Shown: positions 38,950 through 50,629 of the stretch, piece by piece
How positions within the stretch are numbered: position 1 is the stretch's first letter
Layout: each line of letters begins with the position of its first letter
NCBI GenBank assembly: GCA_001179505.1
Contig: CDMY01000938.1
Span: forward strand, 173,948 to 237,947
Length of the DNA: 64,000 nt
Direction of reading: 5' to 3'
Origin: Vitrella brassicaformis CCMP3155
Taxonomy: Eukaryota > Protista > Chromerida
Made by a program: the position numbers and the translations under genes
Notes under the pieces: generated by a model
Databases searched by the model: none
What the model saw: only the letters and a program-made list of their open reading frames with translations
What the model was told of the DNA's origin: nothing

Positions 38950-39820
38950 TCAGTCGTCATCATCCTCCTCGTCCTCAAGCTTCCCCGCCTCCCTGTCCCC
39001 ACACACATACAGACAGGAGAGAGACAAACATCCCCCTCACTCCATTGTGTGTGTCTTCGGTCCCTCAGCGACCCACCTCATCTGTCGCAGCAGTTGGAAC
39101 TCGTTGTAGTGTCCCTTCCGCTTGTCGGCGAAGGCCTTCTTCTTTTTCTCCTCCTCACCGGACCTCGGCCCAACAGCCGGCGACGGCTCGCAGCTCGAGT
39201 CGCCCGACTCGCCACCACGGGCAGCCCTCTCGGCCTCCTTCCGGGCCTTGTGCGCCACCAACTTGTTGATCAACTCGTCCGGGGATACCGCCTGATACGC
39301 ACACGAGAGAAAGAGAGAGAGCAGGTGCATGAGTGATCGGTCAGCGGGCGAGCACCTGTGCTGTCCATCTGTGTACCGTCCGTGAGTTCTGTTGCATAAC
39401 GCTGGGTAGGCTCTGCGCGTTGCGGAGAGGGATCGCAGGAGGCCCGGCACCGTCCTGCATGACGACGTCCTCCTCCATGGCCTGTGGGGTGTCGTGACCC
39501 TATCAAACCACCACAACACGACACATGCACTCATTTGAGAGCCAGCCACTCATTGAGAGAGAGAGAGAGAGATCATTCATGCATCGTGGGCTGACCGAAT
39601 CGGCTCCCTGGTGGTATGGCGTGTCCGGCTCCTCAATCTTCATGCGCGTGCCGCGCTCCTTATCGTGCTCGGCGATGGTCACCTCATCCCATGATATGCC
39701 CCTGACCGGCAGACAGACACACGAGCAGAGATAGCCGAAGGCAACTGACTGCTGCTGTGAGTGAGCTTTTCTGACATTTGGCGGCTTACTTTCTCTGTTT
39801 GGGCAGTTTGAGTTTGCCAT
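38950..39820 (-). CDS. PPP1R2: Protein phosphatase 1 inhibitor-2 (IPP-2)
   Basis: RGISWDE (RVxF-like), MKIEEPDTPY (phospho-Thr PxTP site), FADKRKGHYNE (HYNE motif) and acidic C-terminus; multi-exon. Confidence 0.9.
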
Positions 39821-40046
39821 CGAGTTTCTTCAGGGCTCTCTGAGGCTCGGCGCCGCTCATCGCGAAGAAGAAACTAATTTGAGACCGACTGGCAGAGAGA
39901 AGCCTCAGAACGGCACAGCGCAAGGCGCAAAGCTCCTGCACCTCTGGCAAATCCCTCGACGTTGTTTGCGCGCTTGGCGTTTATAGCTCGCTTGGTCCGA
40001 GGAGAGTTGCCGGATTTTCGGCATTCGGGCGTTCTTCTCTGGCGCG

Positions 40047-42330
40047 ATGCAGGACGGCGACGGTCCCGGTCCGCCAGAAGCCCGTCCTGCGGTGCCGAAG
40101 CGTCCTCGCGACGAGGAGGAGAGCCGCTCGGACAAACAGAGCACCTCTGCCAGCGGTAGCGAGGGCGATGACCTGTGTAAGGCCATGCTCACCGATGAGG
40201 GCGACTCGCTCATCGAGGACTATCTCATCCCGCGACTCAAGAAGGTCAAGCTGAGACCGTCCATAGGACAGCTTAGGTGAGATGAGCGGGAGCATCCAGA
40301 CGCGACGCGCATGTTGGCTGGCATGCCGGTGGGCTGTTGTGTTGTGTGGTTGTTTCAGGTTGCAGCGCGAAGTGTCGAATTTGGATGCGTTGCAGCCGCA
40401 CATCTGCTCGTGCCTGCATTCCGACAATTGCCGTGCCAAGTTCATCGTAACTCCACACACCGGTCAGTCAGTCAGTGAGGCAGGCAGCAGCAGCAGCAGC
40501 AGGAGGAGGAGCAGGATGGAGACCAGCACGTTTAAGCCATCTATATCATCTTGGTCGGTCCTCTTGCTTCCGTTTCCTTCTCACTCCCTCCCTCAGGTCC
40601 GTTGTCGGGCCAGGGGGTGGAGGTAGACTGTTGGTTCCCCACCCACTACCCCCACCAGCCACCACACATCTCCCTCAACCTCAGCGAATGCAAACACCTC
40701 GACTCAAACATACTCCAACAGGTAGGGACCTACCTGCACAGACATTCGCATGTCAGGCAGGTCGGACTCTTCACACCTGCCTGGTGTTGTTGTGCAGGTG
40801 TTGGATCACGTGACTCAGGCGTACATCCGCGACTGCGCCTCCCGCCCCCTCCCCTCCCCCCTCCCTATCGAGCCACTCATCTCCTTCTCAACTACTACCA
40901 CCAGCGGAGGCGCTAGCCCCATGGAAGAGGACAACATCACCGCCAACAACGCCACTTCCAGACCACCATCCGCTGCTGCAGGACCTGCTGCGGCTGCCGC
41001 TGCTGCAGCGGCGAGTGTGTCAGCGGTACCAATCTTCCCCTGGTTGGAGAAACGGCCAGAGGCACTGCCGTCCAGCGCAATTGCACCTGGTGTGCCGGCG
41101 GCGGCGGCAGCAGCAGCAGCAGCATCAGCCTCTGCTAGTGTCGGTAGCGGTAGCGGCCCGTCGGCTTGGGGCAATGCGCCGAAGCCAGCACTGCTGTCGC
41201 TGCTGGAGGCAGGGAGTCGGCCGGGTGGCGACAGGCCAGCCCTGCCGCGGCCGCCCGATCTGTGTCTGCGTGAGACGGCGAGTAGCGTCGACGGTCCTGT
41301 GAGGGCGGGGATGGTGTCGCGGGCGCTTTCGGCTGAGCCTGGCAAGCACAAGCAGCTGCCGCTGAGGTGTCTGCGTATTGAGCTGTGGCGGCCCGTGTTT
41401 GGTGTCAAGTTTGTGCTGGACCAAGTCAAGAATGTGCTGGAGGTGAGAGCAGAGCAGAGCACACCAAGGCCTTGAAGGCCTCTGGACGCCCCGCCCGTGT
41501 ATACCTGCCTGCCGTGTGTTTGCGTGGGTGTGGTATGGTATCAGGGCAAGCCAGAGGAGATCCCGATCGGCAGTCTGCGGCCGCTGACTCCTCCGGCATC
41601 GCTCGAGGTAGACATGGACATAGCCACCGATATGCTCGGCAGTGACGCCCCCCTGCCCTCTGCCCCGCCCCCGCCCCTCCCCGGCATGGAGGAGGGATTC
41701 CACGATGGAGCCACAGGCAGCACCACAGGTGGTGCGCACATGAGCTTCCCGCCCGCGGCCGCTGCTGCTGCGGCAGCTGCTTCGTCCTCGGTCGGCAAGC
41801 GTGGCAATGGATCACCCTTTTTCTCTCATGCCGCTGCCGAGAGCTCCAATGCTGCTGCTGCTGCTGCCGGTGGCGGTGGTGGGATGGGCGATAGCGTCGA
41901 TGGGACCACCCGGCCGCGTCAGGTGCCGCGGCCCCCTCCCTTGCACGGCCTGGACCAGCCCTCATCCCCCGACCTGTTCCGCGGCGATGTGTCGCCCGAC
42001 AGCGTGGCCATCCCGGTGCCTACCTTTCCCACCTCATCCTCGCTGCCGAACATCGGCTCCCACCGGCCACCCTCCCCCCCTCCGCCACCCATGGGCAAGA
42101 ACCGACACATGCGCTTCCCAGCATCATTCGAGCCTAGCCCCGAACCGTCGCCCGATTCGCATCGGCAGCAGCGGCCACACTTCCAGTCCTTCTTGACTGC
42201 GTCGCTGGCGCTGGCGGCTGAGGGTGCGGGTGACGATGCTGGTGGCGGGGGCGCTGACCATGGTGACATGAGTCGTTCGCTGACGGTGCCGGAGATGGAT
42301 AGCGGGGACACTCTGATGGACGTCGACTGA
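40047..42330 (+). CDS. Hypothetical protein with RWD/UEV-like (E2-fold) segment and long low-complexity regions
   Basis: QREVSNL...GPLSGQGVEVDCWFPTHYPHQPPHISL resembles the UBC/RWD FPxxYPxxPP turn; no HPN or catalytic Cys follows. Poly-Ala and Pro/Ser tracts; multi-exon. Confidence 0.55.
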
Positions 42331-42979
42331 CTGACTGACTGACTCAACAGCCGGCGGAGTCGGGCGTGTGTAGAGGGGCATAGCGGGTGTGCGTGGGGCA
42401 TGGTTGTAGCTATGCCCGTGCCGTGTGTGTGGAAGCACTGTTTGTGTGTGAGCGCGTGTGGGAGTGGGGACGCGGCCAACAGGGGCGGGAGATGAGATTG
42501 TGTGCAGACAGGACAGGTTGAAGACAGGAAAGGCCGGTGGTCTCTGTGTGACAGAGGGAGAAGAGAGGGTGGAGGGAGCTGTAGGTCAGATCTTCTATGA
42601 TGCACGACGCAGGTTACCCGGCTGATGGTTGATCGATGAGGCGGCGCAATTAGCTTACTCGTGTGTGTGAGTCGCGGAGTACGTGCTCTTTTCGTGGCGT
42701 GCCTCCACTCTACGGCGCTTTCCTCCAGCTGCATCGCTGCCCTGATAACCAAACGCACGGATATCACGGACAGTTATGCAGTGGACGGAAATCGAGGTAG
42801 ACTGGAGGCGCACAACGGAAGAGCACGGCTCGCCTTGCCAGACACATGGACATGCAAAGACGGACCACTACTCGATGCAGGTCAATGCATGCGCTTATCC
42901 ACCAACAAGGGGCGTCATGGTGGGTTCAATCTCCCATCCGCGAGCTTAGAGTGTCCCTCCTTCGATTCCTCGAAACAAC

Positions 42980-45810
42980 ATGCTCTGGGCCTCAAGCAGG
43001 CATGTTTCGGCTAGCGCTGTGCTGGTCTTGCTGCTGGCGAGGCCGATCTATCCATTCTCGATGCCGCCACACTCACTCAGGCGGCGGGAGAAGCCTTACC
43101 TTGAGACGACTGGCAGCAGCAACAGCATGAAGCGAATCAGATGGGTGACACATGCATGGCTCAGGCAAATCACACGCGCAACACGTTTGCTTGCGCATCT
43201 ACTTCTTCTACGTGTTCTCTGTTGTCAGGTTGCCGTCCACTGCCAATCATCGACGGGCGGCGCTGTGCCCTCTGCAACCGTCCCAGTGCCCTCGACAGAC
43301 TCATCATCGTCACCAGTAGCAGCGTCGTCTCTCGACAGCCTTCAATTCGACAATCGCAACCTTCGATGCCTCCCTGTTGACCGCACCAACGTGCAGGGCA
43401 TCCGGCAGGTGCCCGGGGCGTGCTTTGCCACAGTCGATCCGACGCCCGTCGAGAGGCCGCGCCTCGTCGCCGCATCCGCCGATGCGCTCAGGACCATCGG
43501 TGTGGACTATCGGGAGGACAATGCTGAGACGGAGGCGGCGCTGGCAGAGTATTTCTCTGGCAACGTGAAGCTGGGTGGCTCTGAGACTGCGGCGCATTGC
43601 TACTGTGGGCACCAGTTTGGTGCGTGGGCGGGGCAGCTGGGGGATGGGGCGGCGATCTATCTGGGAGAGGTGGTGAATGAGCAAGGTACGCACAGGCGTA
43701 TGCTGCAGACGGGCAAGGGAATCGATGTGATTTGTGCGTCTGCGTGTGTGCGTGTGTGTTGTGTGTCAGGTGATCGTGTTGAGATTCAGCTCAAGGGTGC
43801 TGGCTTGACGCCCTTCTCCCGGATGGCTGACGGGCGCAAAGTGCTGCGGTCGTCAGTCCGAGAGTTCCTCTGCTCGGAGGCCATGCACGCGCTTGGCATT
43901 CCCACCACTCGAGCAGGTGACAATCATTGGCACGCACACACACACACACACTCAAGGCTTATATGATCTGCGCATGTCATGTGACGCACATCCATCCACA
44001 GGCACCCTTGTGACATCTGACACGGTCGTATATCGAGACCCGGTGTATGACGGCACCATTGTGGAGGAGAAGGCCTCCATCGTGCTGCGCATGGCGTCCA
44101 CCTTCCTGCGGTTCGGCTCCTTTGAGATCTTCAAGGCCCCCAACGAGATGGGCGTGCGCAGCGGGCCGTCGTACGGCCGGCCGGACATCAAGACCGCACT
44201 CCTCAACTACGTCATCAGGCGAGCAGCAACACAGAAAGAAGACGGAGAGGAGAAACAAACACTGTGATCTCATCTGTGTGTGGTGCGGTGGTTCAGGGCA
44301 TTTTACCCAGAGCTGTTAGAGGCGCATGGCATCGACACCACGACGGCAGGCATCCCAGCGTGGCAGGAAGGCGTGTCCCCCACGGCCCTGCCCACAGAGG
44401 TCTACCGCGCTTTCTATGCGGAGCTGCTGCGGCGGACCGCCCGGCTGGTGGCATTGTGGCAGTGTGTGGGGTGGGTGCACGGGGTGCTCAACACGGACAA
44501 CATGAGCATCGTGGGCGACACGATTGACTACGGCCCCTTTGGGTTTGTAGAGTTCTTCTGCCCCACACACGTGTCCAACGGGTCGGACGACAGGGGATAC
44601 TACTGCTACAGACGGTGGGCTGCGCGGATGGGCCTCTCTCTCTCTGTGAGTGAATGTGGGTGTGGGTGTGGGTGTGGGTGCGTCTTGTGGTCAGGCAGCC
44701 GGATGCAGTCAAGTTCAACATGCGCAAGCTGGCTGAGGCGCTGGCCCCCCTGCTGCCTCTCGAGGAGAGCTTCGCAGAGCTCGAGAAGTTTGACGAGATC
44801 CACCACGACGCTTACATGCAGCAGATGAGGAGAAAGCTCGGCCTCATCCGGACAGAGAAAGAAGAAGACGCGGTAAGCTGAGATACTAAAGCGGCAAACA
44901 AATAAGTCCGAGAGATGCAGGATGCAGGTGTCATGCTCTGTGGGTCTCTTTCGTCGTCAGGCATTGGTTGCCGATTTGCTTGAGACGATGCAGGCGACAG
45001 CGGCCGACTTCACCGTCACCTTCAGAGCGATGTCTGACGTCACTCTCACGGCCGGCTCCATACATCCATCCTCTGACGACCTCTCGCCCACGTTTCAAGA
45101 GGCGGAGGCCAACATACTCAGGAGACTCGGCGGGCTAGTGGTACACACACACCCAAGCCACCATAGTGTGTGTCCACTTTTGAGTCGTCCATTGTCTACA
45201 TCTGTGTGTGCAGGAGCTGCGCCGCACTCTGCGTCCCGCCATGGATCCCTCTCGCGTGCAGATGGTGGCTGGGATGCTCAGACAGGGAGTGACCCTCGAG
45301 CAGATGGGCATGGACCAAGACACATGGCAGCAGTGGCTGGGGGCATACAAAGGTCCGACAGACAGACAGACAGACGTATACAGCACATGGCATCAGCAAC
45401 ACCCTGCAGGCCACTTTTGTGTGTGTGTGTGTGTATGTGTGTGTCCGTCAGAGTATGAGAAGGTGATCGGTCTGACTGCGAGCGAGAAAGAAGCCCGCGA
45501 CAAAGAGCTCTGGCGCGTGTGGCTGACCAAGTACGCAAGACGCCTCCAGAAAGACGCCGAAGGCCTCGACAAAGATGCCCTGTCACAGTGGGAGGCCGAC
45601 CGACGAGCACTGCAGAACAGGAGCAACCCGAAAGCTGTGTTGCGCAACCACATGGCGCAGCGGGCGATAGAGGAGGCGGAGAGGGGCGAGTATGGCGAGG
45701 TGAGGCGGCTGGTGGGCGTGCTGTCGAGGCCCTATGATGATGACCATGAGGAGAGGGACTGCCTGCCTGCCGTCGACACCAAGCCGCTCGTGGTGACGTG
45801 CTCGTCTTAG
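42980..45810 (+). CDS. SELENOO: Protein adenylyltransferase SelO (pseudokinase AMPylase), Cys-type
   Basis: [80 protein letters not shown] and C-terminal VTCSS followed by TAG. Confidence 0.95.
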
Positions 45811-46118
45811 CTAGAGGGTGTGTTGTGTGTTGTGTGTTCCATTCATTTGCGACTGTGTATGTCACTGACAGTGACCATGTGTATGTCATCGACGGTGACC
45901 GTTTTGAGTTTTTGTGAGTGGGTTTGACGAATGGAGTTGATTGCTCACGTGAGTAAGTGTCCGTCGCATGTCATGGCAGCCATATGAGTGGCCAGACAGG
46001 CCTGCAGACACCCACTAGTGAGGGCATTCACCAGTGCACACACGAGTTCCGAAAACAACGGGACATCAAATATAAAATGTAGACGGCGATAGAGAGACAG
46101 ACAGCATCGCCCACGAAT

Positions 46119-46718
46119 CTATCCCTCAGTCTCTTGAGGGCATGCCTGTAGTTCATGTCGTCCTCGTCTCTCGCAGTTGGATCGGCGTACCCGCTTCCTC
46201 CGTCCGTTCATTGCCGTAGTATCCATGCGCACGGTATTCACTCGTAAATCGTTGTTGCGCTCAACAGGTGGTGGTGCCGTCAGCCTGGTCAATGTGCACC
46301 CATCGCCCTTGAAGTCGTCGAAACCGACCTCCATGTCGGCAAAAGCGCGTAGAATGTCACACTGAAGGCGAGCCATCAGCTGGGGAATCCCAAAAATGTC
46401 CTTCAGAAGGACGAAGAGGGGGCGGATGAGTAGTGTGTTGTGAGTGCCGGGTGGGGCGGCGGAGAGCAAGCTGGTCGTCATGGGCAGCACAACTCGCAAC
46501 AACCCCGCCTCCACGCCCCACTCCACGCACCCGTAGAAGTTCAGCTGAGCCACCGACAGTTGGCTGCCGCACCGGAACACCAGGCACCCCACCAGCTTGG
46601 CCAGCCTCCACAGGGCATGCCTGTAGTCGATGTCGTCTCCATCTGTCGCAGTTGGATCGGCGTACCGGAGCAGGTGCAGGATACACGCTGCCGCACGGCT
46701 CGTCAGCTGCTGCTGCAT
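46119..46718 (-). pseudogene. Probable fragment of a repetitive hypothetical gene
   Basis: 199-aa ORF with protein-like composition and a ~55-bp internal direct repeat whose second copy is out of frame; an upstream coding-like segment at ~47000-47110 also appears frameshifted. Confidence 0.35.
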
Positions 46719-47323
46719 GGCGGGATGCTTGAGGCCGATACGGCTGACCAGCCGTGCGGCAGCCGTCTCGATGTCGGGGATGCAGTTTCGGGCAACACAT
46801 TTGACGATCTAGCGGGCGAACCAGGGAATGGTGGTGGGACAGAGCAACTTACATGCCGCGTCGGCCTGAGAAATAAGAAACACACACACATATACACATA
46901 CACACATTCACACACACACGCACCACACGGCTGTGGTGCGCATCTAGCTGGGAATCGACATGTCTCCCATTACCTTCATCTGTGCGTTGAGGCGGGTAAA
47001 TGAGTTGATGATGTTGAAGAGGCGCCTCGGCGGTAGCGAATTGCGGCTCGGCAACTGGGTAGTCGGTCAACATCGTCTCGATGAGGTCGGCGGGTGCGGA
47101 TGTGCAGGTGAGTCGATTTGATACCTGCAGATGTCACATATGCATAGAAGCACGGCCATCATGGAGTGAGAGCCCTGAATTGAAGTGCTTTATCGTACGC
47201 TGTCAGCAGAAGGGTCAATTGCGAGTGTATTGAACAGACGCCCTCTCCCCCCAATCATCAGGACAGAGATACTTGCAAACAGCCAAAAAGACCAACGGCC
47301 ATCTATGGCAGGTGATTGGTCTT

Positions 47324-48109
47324 CTAGTGCACAATATTCTGACCCGAGCAGCTCCTTGGCAGCTCCTGTCCGGATTCCCTGTCGTTCTCCTCTGCAGGGG
47401 CCGATCGGCATTCTCTGTAGGCCCTTGCCATGGGAAACGGCTGGACGGCGTTCATGGGACCCGAGCGGGATTCCTTGAATAGACTGCCGATCGTCTTCTC
47501 GCCCCGGCTCAGCGTCGGCGTCATGGAATGAGAATCCTTGATGGCGTTTGCGGTCCTCGTGTCGAAAACGAATCCCAAGAATGTGACGTTGCTGAGATGT
47601 CAAGAGAGAGGAAGCGGGGTGATGTTGGTGTTGCGTATTTGGGTTGATATGGCGATACCTCTTTTGAATCGTCTCGCCATAGGATGTAGCAGGGTCTTGT
47701 GGCCATGGCCCAGCTGCTGGTGATGACCTCGCTCAGATGCTCGTCCTGCTTCAGCAGAACAAACCTATATCTGAGGGCAAAAACAAACAACACATTTGCG
47801 CGTGCATTGCTCACTGTGGCTCTTTGTCGCGGGCACCTTCCCCACTCTGAATTCGGAGCCTTCGCTTCTGAACACCACCAGACCCACAACGTCAACTGTT
47901 TTGTTCATTGGTACGAACCAGAAGACACAGAACAGGAGGCCTCCGAAGATAAGCAGCGCCTTGATCATCCAGGGGAGGACCTCCGAGAGGTTCTTCGTCG
48001 GGAACACAATGCGGTGCTTCATCCAGCCCTCTTCCTCGTCGCTCGGGGGCGGCGTCCGTGCGGTAGTTGGCAGGCCTCGTACGCCGCGCGTTGCCATGGG
48101 GTAGAACAT
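47324..48109 (-). CDS. Possible small spliced single-TM hypothetical protein
   Basis: ORF 47765..48109 has a hydrophobic helix (ALLIFGGLLFCVFWFVPM) followed by intron-like sequence and further ORFs; splice phases uncertain. Confidence 0.3.
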
Positions 48110-48726
48110 TCTTCAGCAGGTCAAGGGAGAATCGATGACCAAACAGAATAAACAGCCCGCCTCATCTATGTGTATTGTTTGGTTGCCTGACTTGGCGAAG
48201 GGTGGTCGGCCTCTCCTCGGCCGCCTCCAGCTCCTCTTGCACGGCACGAACCCGCTGGTGCAGCCCCCCCCGCGGGTCGGCGAAAAAAGAAAACGACTGT
48301 AAACTTTGAGCTTGTCTCCGCGCGATTTCTCGCCGATCTGTTGATTTGAGAGCACATCCTTTTGGCACCCACCAAAGCCATCGTGCGTTCCGTTCAGATG
48401 ACAGGATGGCGTAGCAGCCACAGCCATACACAGCCACGTAAGAAGGAAAGGAACGCATCGTCCAGCCAGGTGCATTCATCATTGCGCCGTTGCTTGGTGG
48501 TGGTGTGTCAGGTTGTAAGTGATGGCGGCGAGGCGTTGCCTTATCACGCCAAATGCATCACCATCGCGGGAGTCCCTGTGATGCGCACACAAGTGAGAAG
48601 ACGACCCAGGCAGTGATGTGATCCATCCTTTCGCCATCATCCCGCTTCTCTTGCCTGGTGTGTGTGTGTGTGTATCTGTGCGACAGCCTCGCCACTTGAT
48701 GGTTTCCGCCCGCCCGAGATCTCGCG

Positions 48727-50329
48727 ATGTCTGACTCTGAGGTGCACCAGCAGCAGCCCGGCGAGCCCTTCCCCGTAGCTCTGTCACGCGTCGGGGCACC
48801 AGCCTTTGCCCTCTCGGCCACCAAGGAGTTGGCCTCCGGCCTCCACGATGGTTCCCTTTCACCTGACGCAGCGGCCCAGCTGCTGACACAAGACAAGGCC
48901 GACCCCAACGGGCGGTATCGCAAGAGCTCCCACACGTGGCCTTCTCTGCTGCATCTGGCCGCCGAGAAATGCATCGGAGAGGATGGTGCCGCGATGCTGG
49001 ACTGCCTCATTCAACATGGAGCTGATGTGAAGTACACGGCCTACGTCAACTCCAGCCCTCTTTGTACCAGCAGGACACCACTGGACTTGGTGCTAGGCCG
49101 GCTGCATCGTGCCGACCCCCGTCTGCTGTCGGCCCTCCTGCCCATGATCGAGACCCTCCTGAGGCACGGCGCCAGGTGCTACTATGCTGGTGATGGTGCG
49201 CTGCGGTCGCTCTTCGGCAGCTCGGCCATGAAGGGCATCTCGGCCGCACAGTGCCTGGAGATCGTCACTCGGCTGGCCACTGCCGCAGCAGCAGCACCCA
49301 CACCACCCAGCCTCTACGGATTCTGGACTCTCAACCTGGCGTGTAAGTGCCGCTTCCGACAGGAGGAGGACCAGCAGCAGCAGCAGCAGCAGGACGGCTC
49401 GCATGACGGCCATACGGACCCCCACATCGCCATCCTCGAGAAACTGATAGAGGGGATAGGGCGGGAGGTGGTCGAGGGGGACAGGGGCAAGGAGGCGTTG
49501 AGTCACGCCCCCGACAGTCAGAACAGGGCTGTGGTGTACTGGCTGGTGAGGCAGAAGGGAGTGAGGGCTGATGGTGCCACGCTCTCTCGTGCTCACTGGG
49601 ATGTCGATGTGATATCATTGCTGGTGCACGAGGCAGGGGCTGACGTAGATGGTAGGGGGTCGTCGCTGCCGCCCCTTGTCGCGTTTGTGGAGGGAGGCCA
49701 CCACACTGCTGCACACCATCTGATCCACCTGGGGGTGAAATTGCTGGGGGCATCCGTAGATACAGCACTCACTGGCACCCACATTGCCACGACAGCCAGA
49801 CAGAAGCGCCGCGTTTTGTCGGTGTATCACGACTATCTGAGTCGCTCTGTCCCCACACACGCCATGCGATTCATCAACACATCCCTCGCCCCCTTGCGCA
49901 CTGTGTCTGCCCTGTCGGCTTCTCATCGCGTGTTCGGTGTGGGTGTGTTGTGCTGTCAGATTGCCTCCTACATAGATCGCCCCCTCTGCCCTTCTCAGCC
50001 CGCACGCCACTCGGACGGCGGCTCAACGCGGCACTGTCTTTCTTCGTCTCGCGTGTCTGCAATGTGGCCAGCCCCTCTGTGAGGCGCCGTCTCTTTCGCC
50101 ACACTGCCTTCGTCACACCACACATCACACACACCGACACATCAGACAGCCAGGGTGGGGGAGAGGGCGGGCAGGTAGACGAGGGCATCGTGTATGGGCC
50201 TCAGTGACGTGATCCACCTGATTCGGTGTGAGGAGGCGCGACGCCACCGGCTGCCTGACATCGACAGTGGATTCGGCAACGGCAGGCCATTCGAGTGTGC
50301 CTTCGATGGCCGTGTAGTGGTGGGGGGGG
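48727..50329 (+). CDS. Ankyrin-repeat protein of a lineage-expanded type; probable frameshift near 49975; runs into a gap
   Basis: ADPNG...SLLHLAAE...LIQHGADV...TPLDL and LVHEAGADVDG...PPLVAFV...HLIHLGV ankyrin-like repeats. The protein-like C-terminus (PLPFSARTPLGRRLNAALSFFV) continues in another frame. Confidence 0.7.
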
Positions 50330-50629
50330 NNNNNNNNNNNNNNNNNNNNNNNNNNNNNNNNNNNNNNNNNNNNNNNNNNNNNNNNNNNNNNNNNNNNNNN
50401 NNNNNNNNNNNNNNNNNNNNNNNNNNNNNNNNNNNNNNNNNNNNNNNNNNNNNNNNNNNNNNNNNNNNNNNNNNNNNNNNNNNNNNNNNNNNNNNNNNNN
50501 NNNNNNNNNNNNNNNNNNNNNNNNNNNNNNNNNNNNNNNNNNNNNNNNNNNNNNNNNNNNNNNNNNNNNNNNNNNNNNNNNNNNNNNNNNNNNNNNNNNN
50601 NNNNNNNNNNNNNNNNNNNNNNNNNNNNN
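50330..50629. other. Assembly gap (300 N) flanked by poly-G on both sides
   Basis: Run of n with G homopolymers immediately left and right. Confidence 0.99.

Noticed and set aside
28362-42330. Possible ubiquitin cluster (ASCC2 CUE domain + UEV-like gene)
   Set aside because: Separated by calpain and inhibitor-2; ubiquitin-related genes are common, so proximity is likely chance.
22166-45810. Possible sulfur/selenium gene cluster (TauE x2 + SelO)
   Set aside because: SelO is Cys-type and about 15 kb away with unrelated genes between; there is no evidence of co-regulation.
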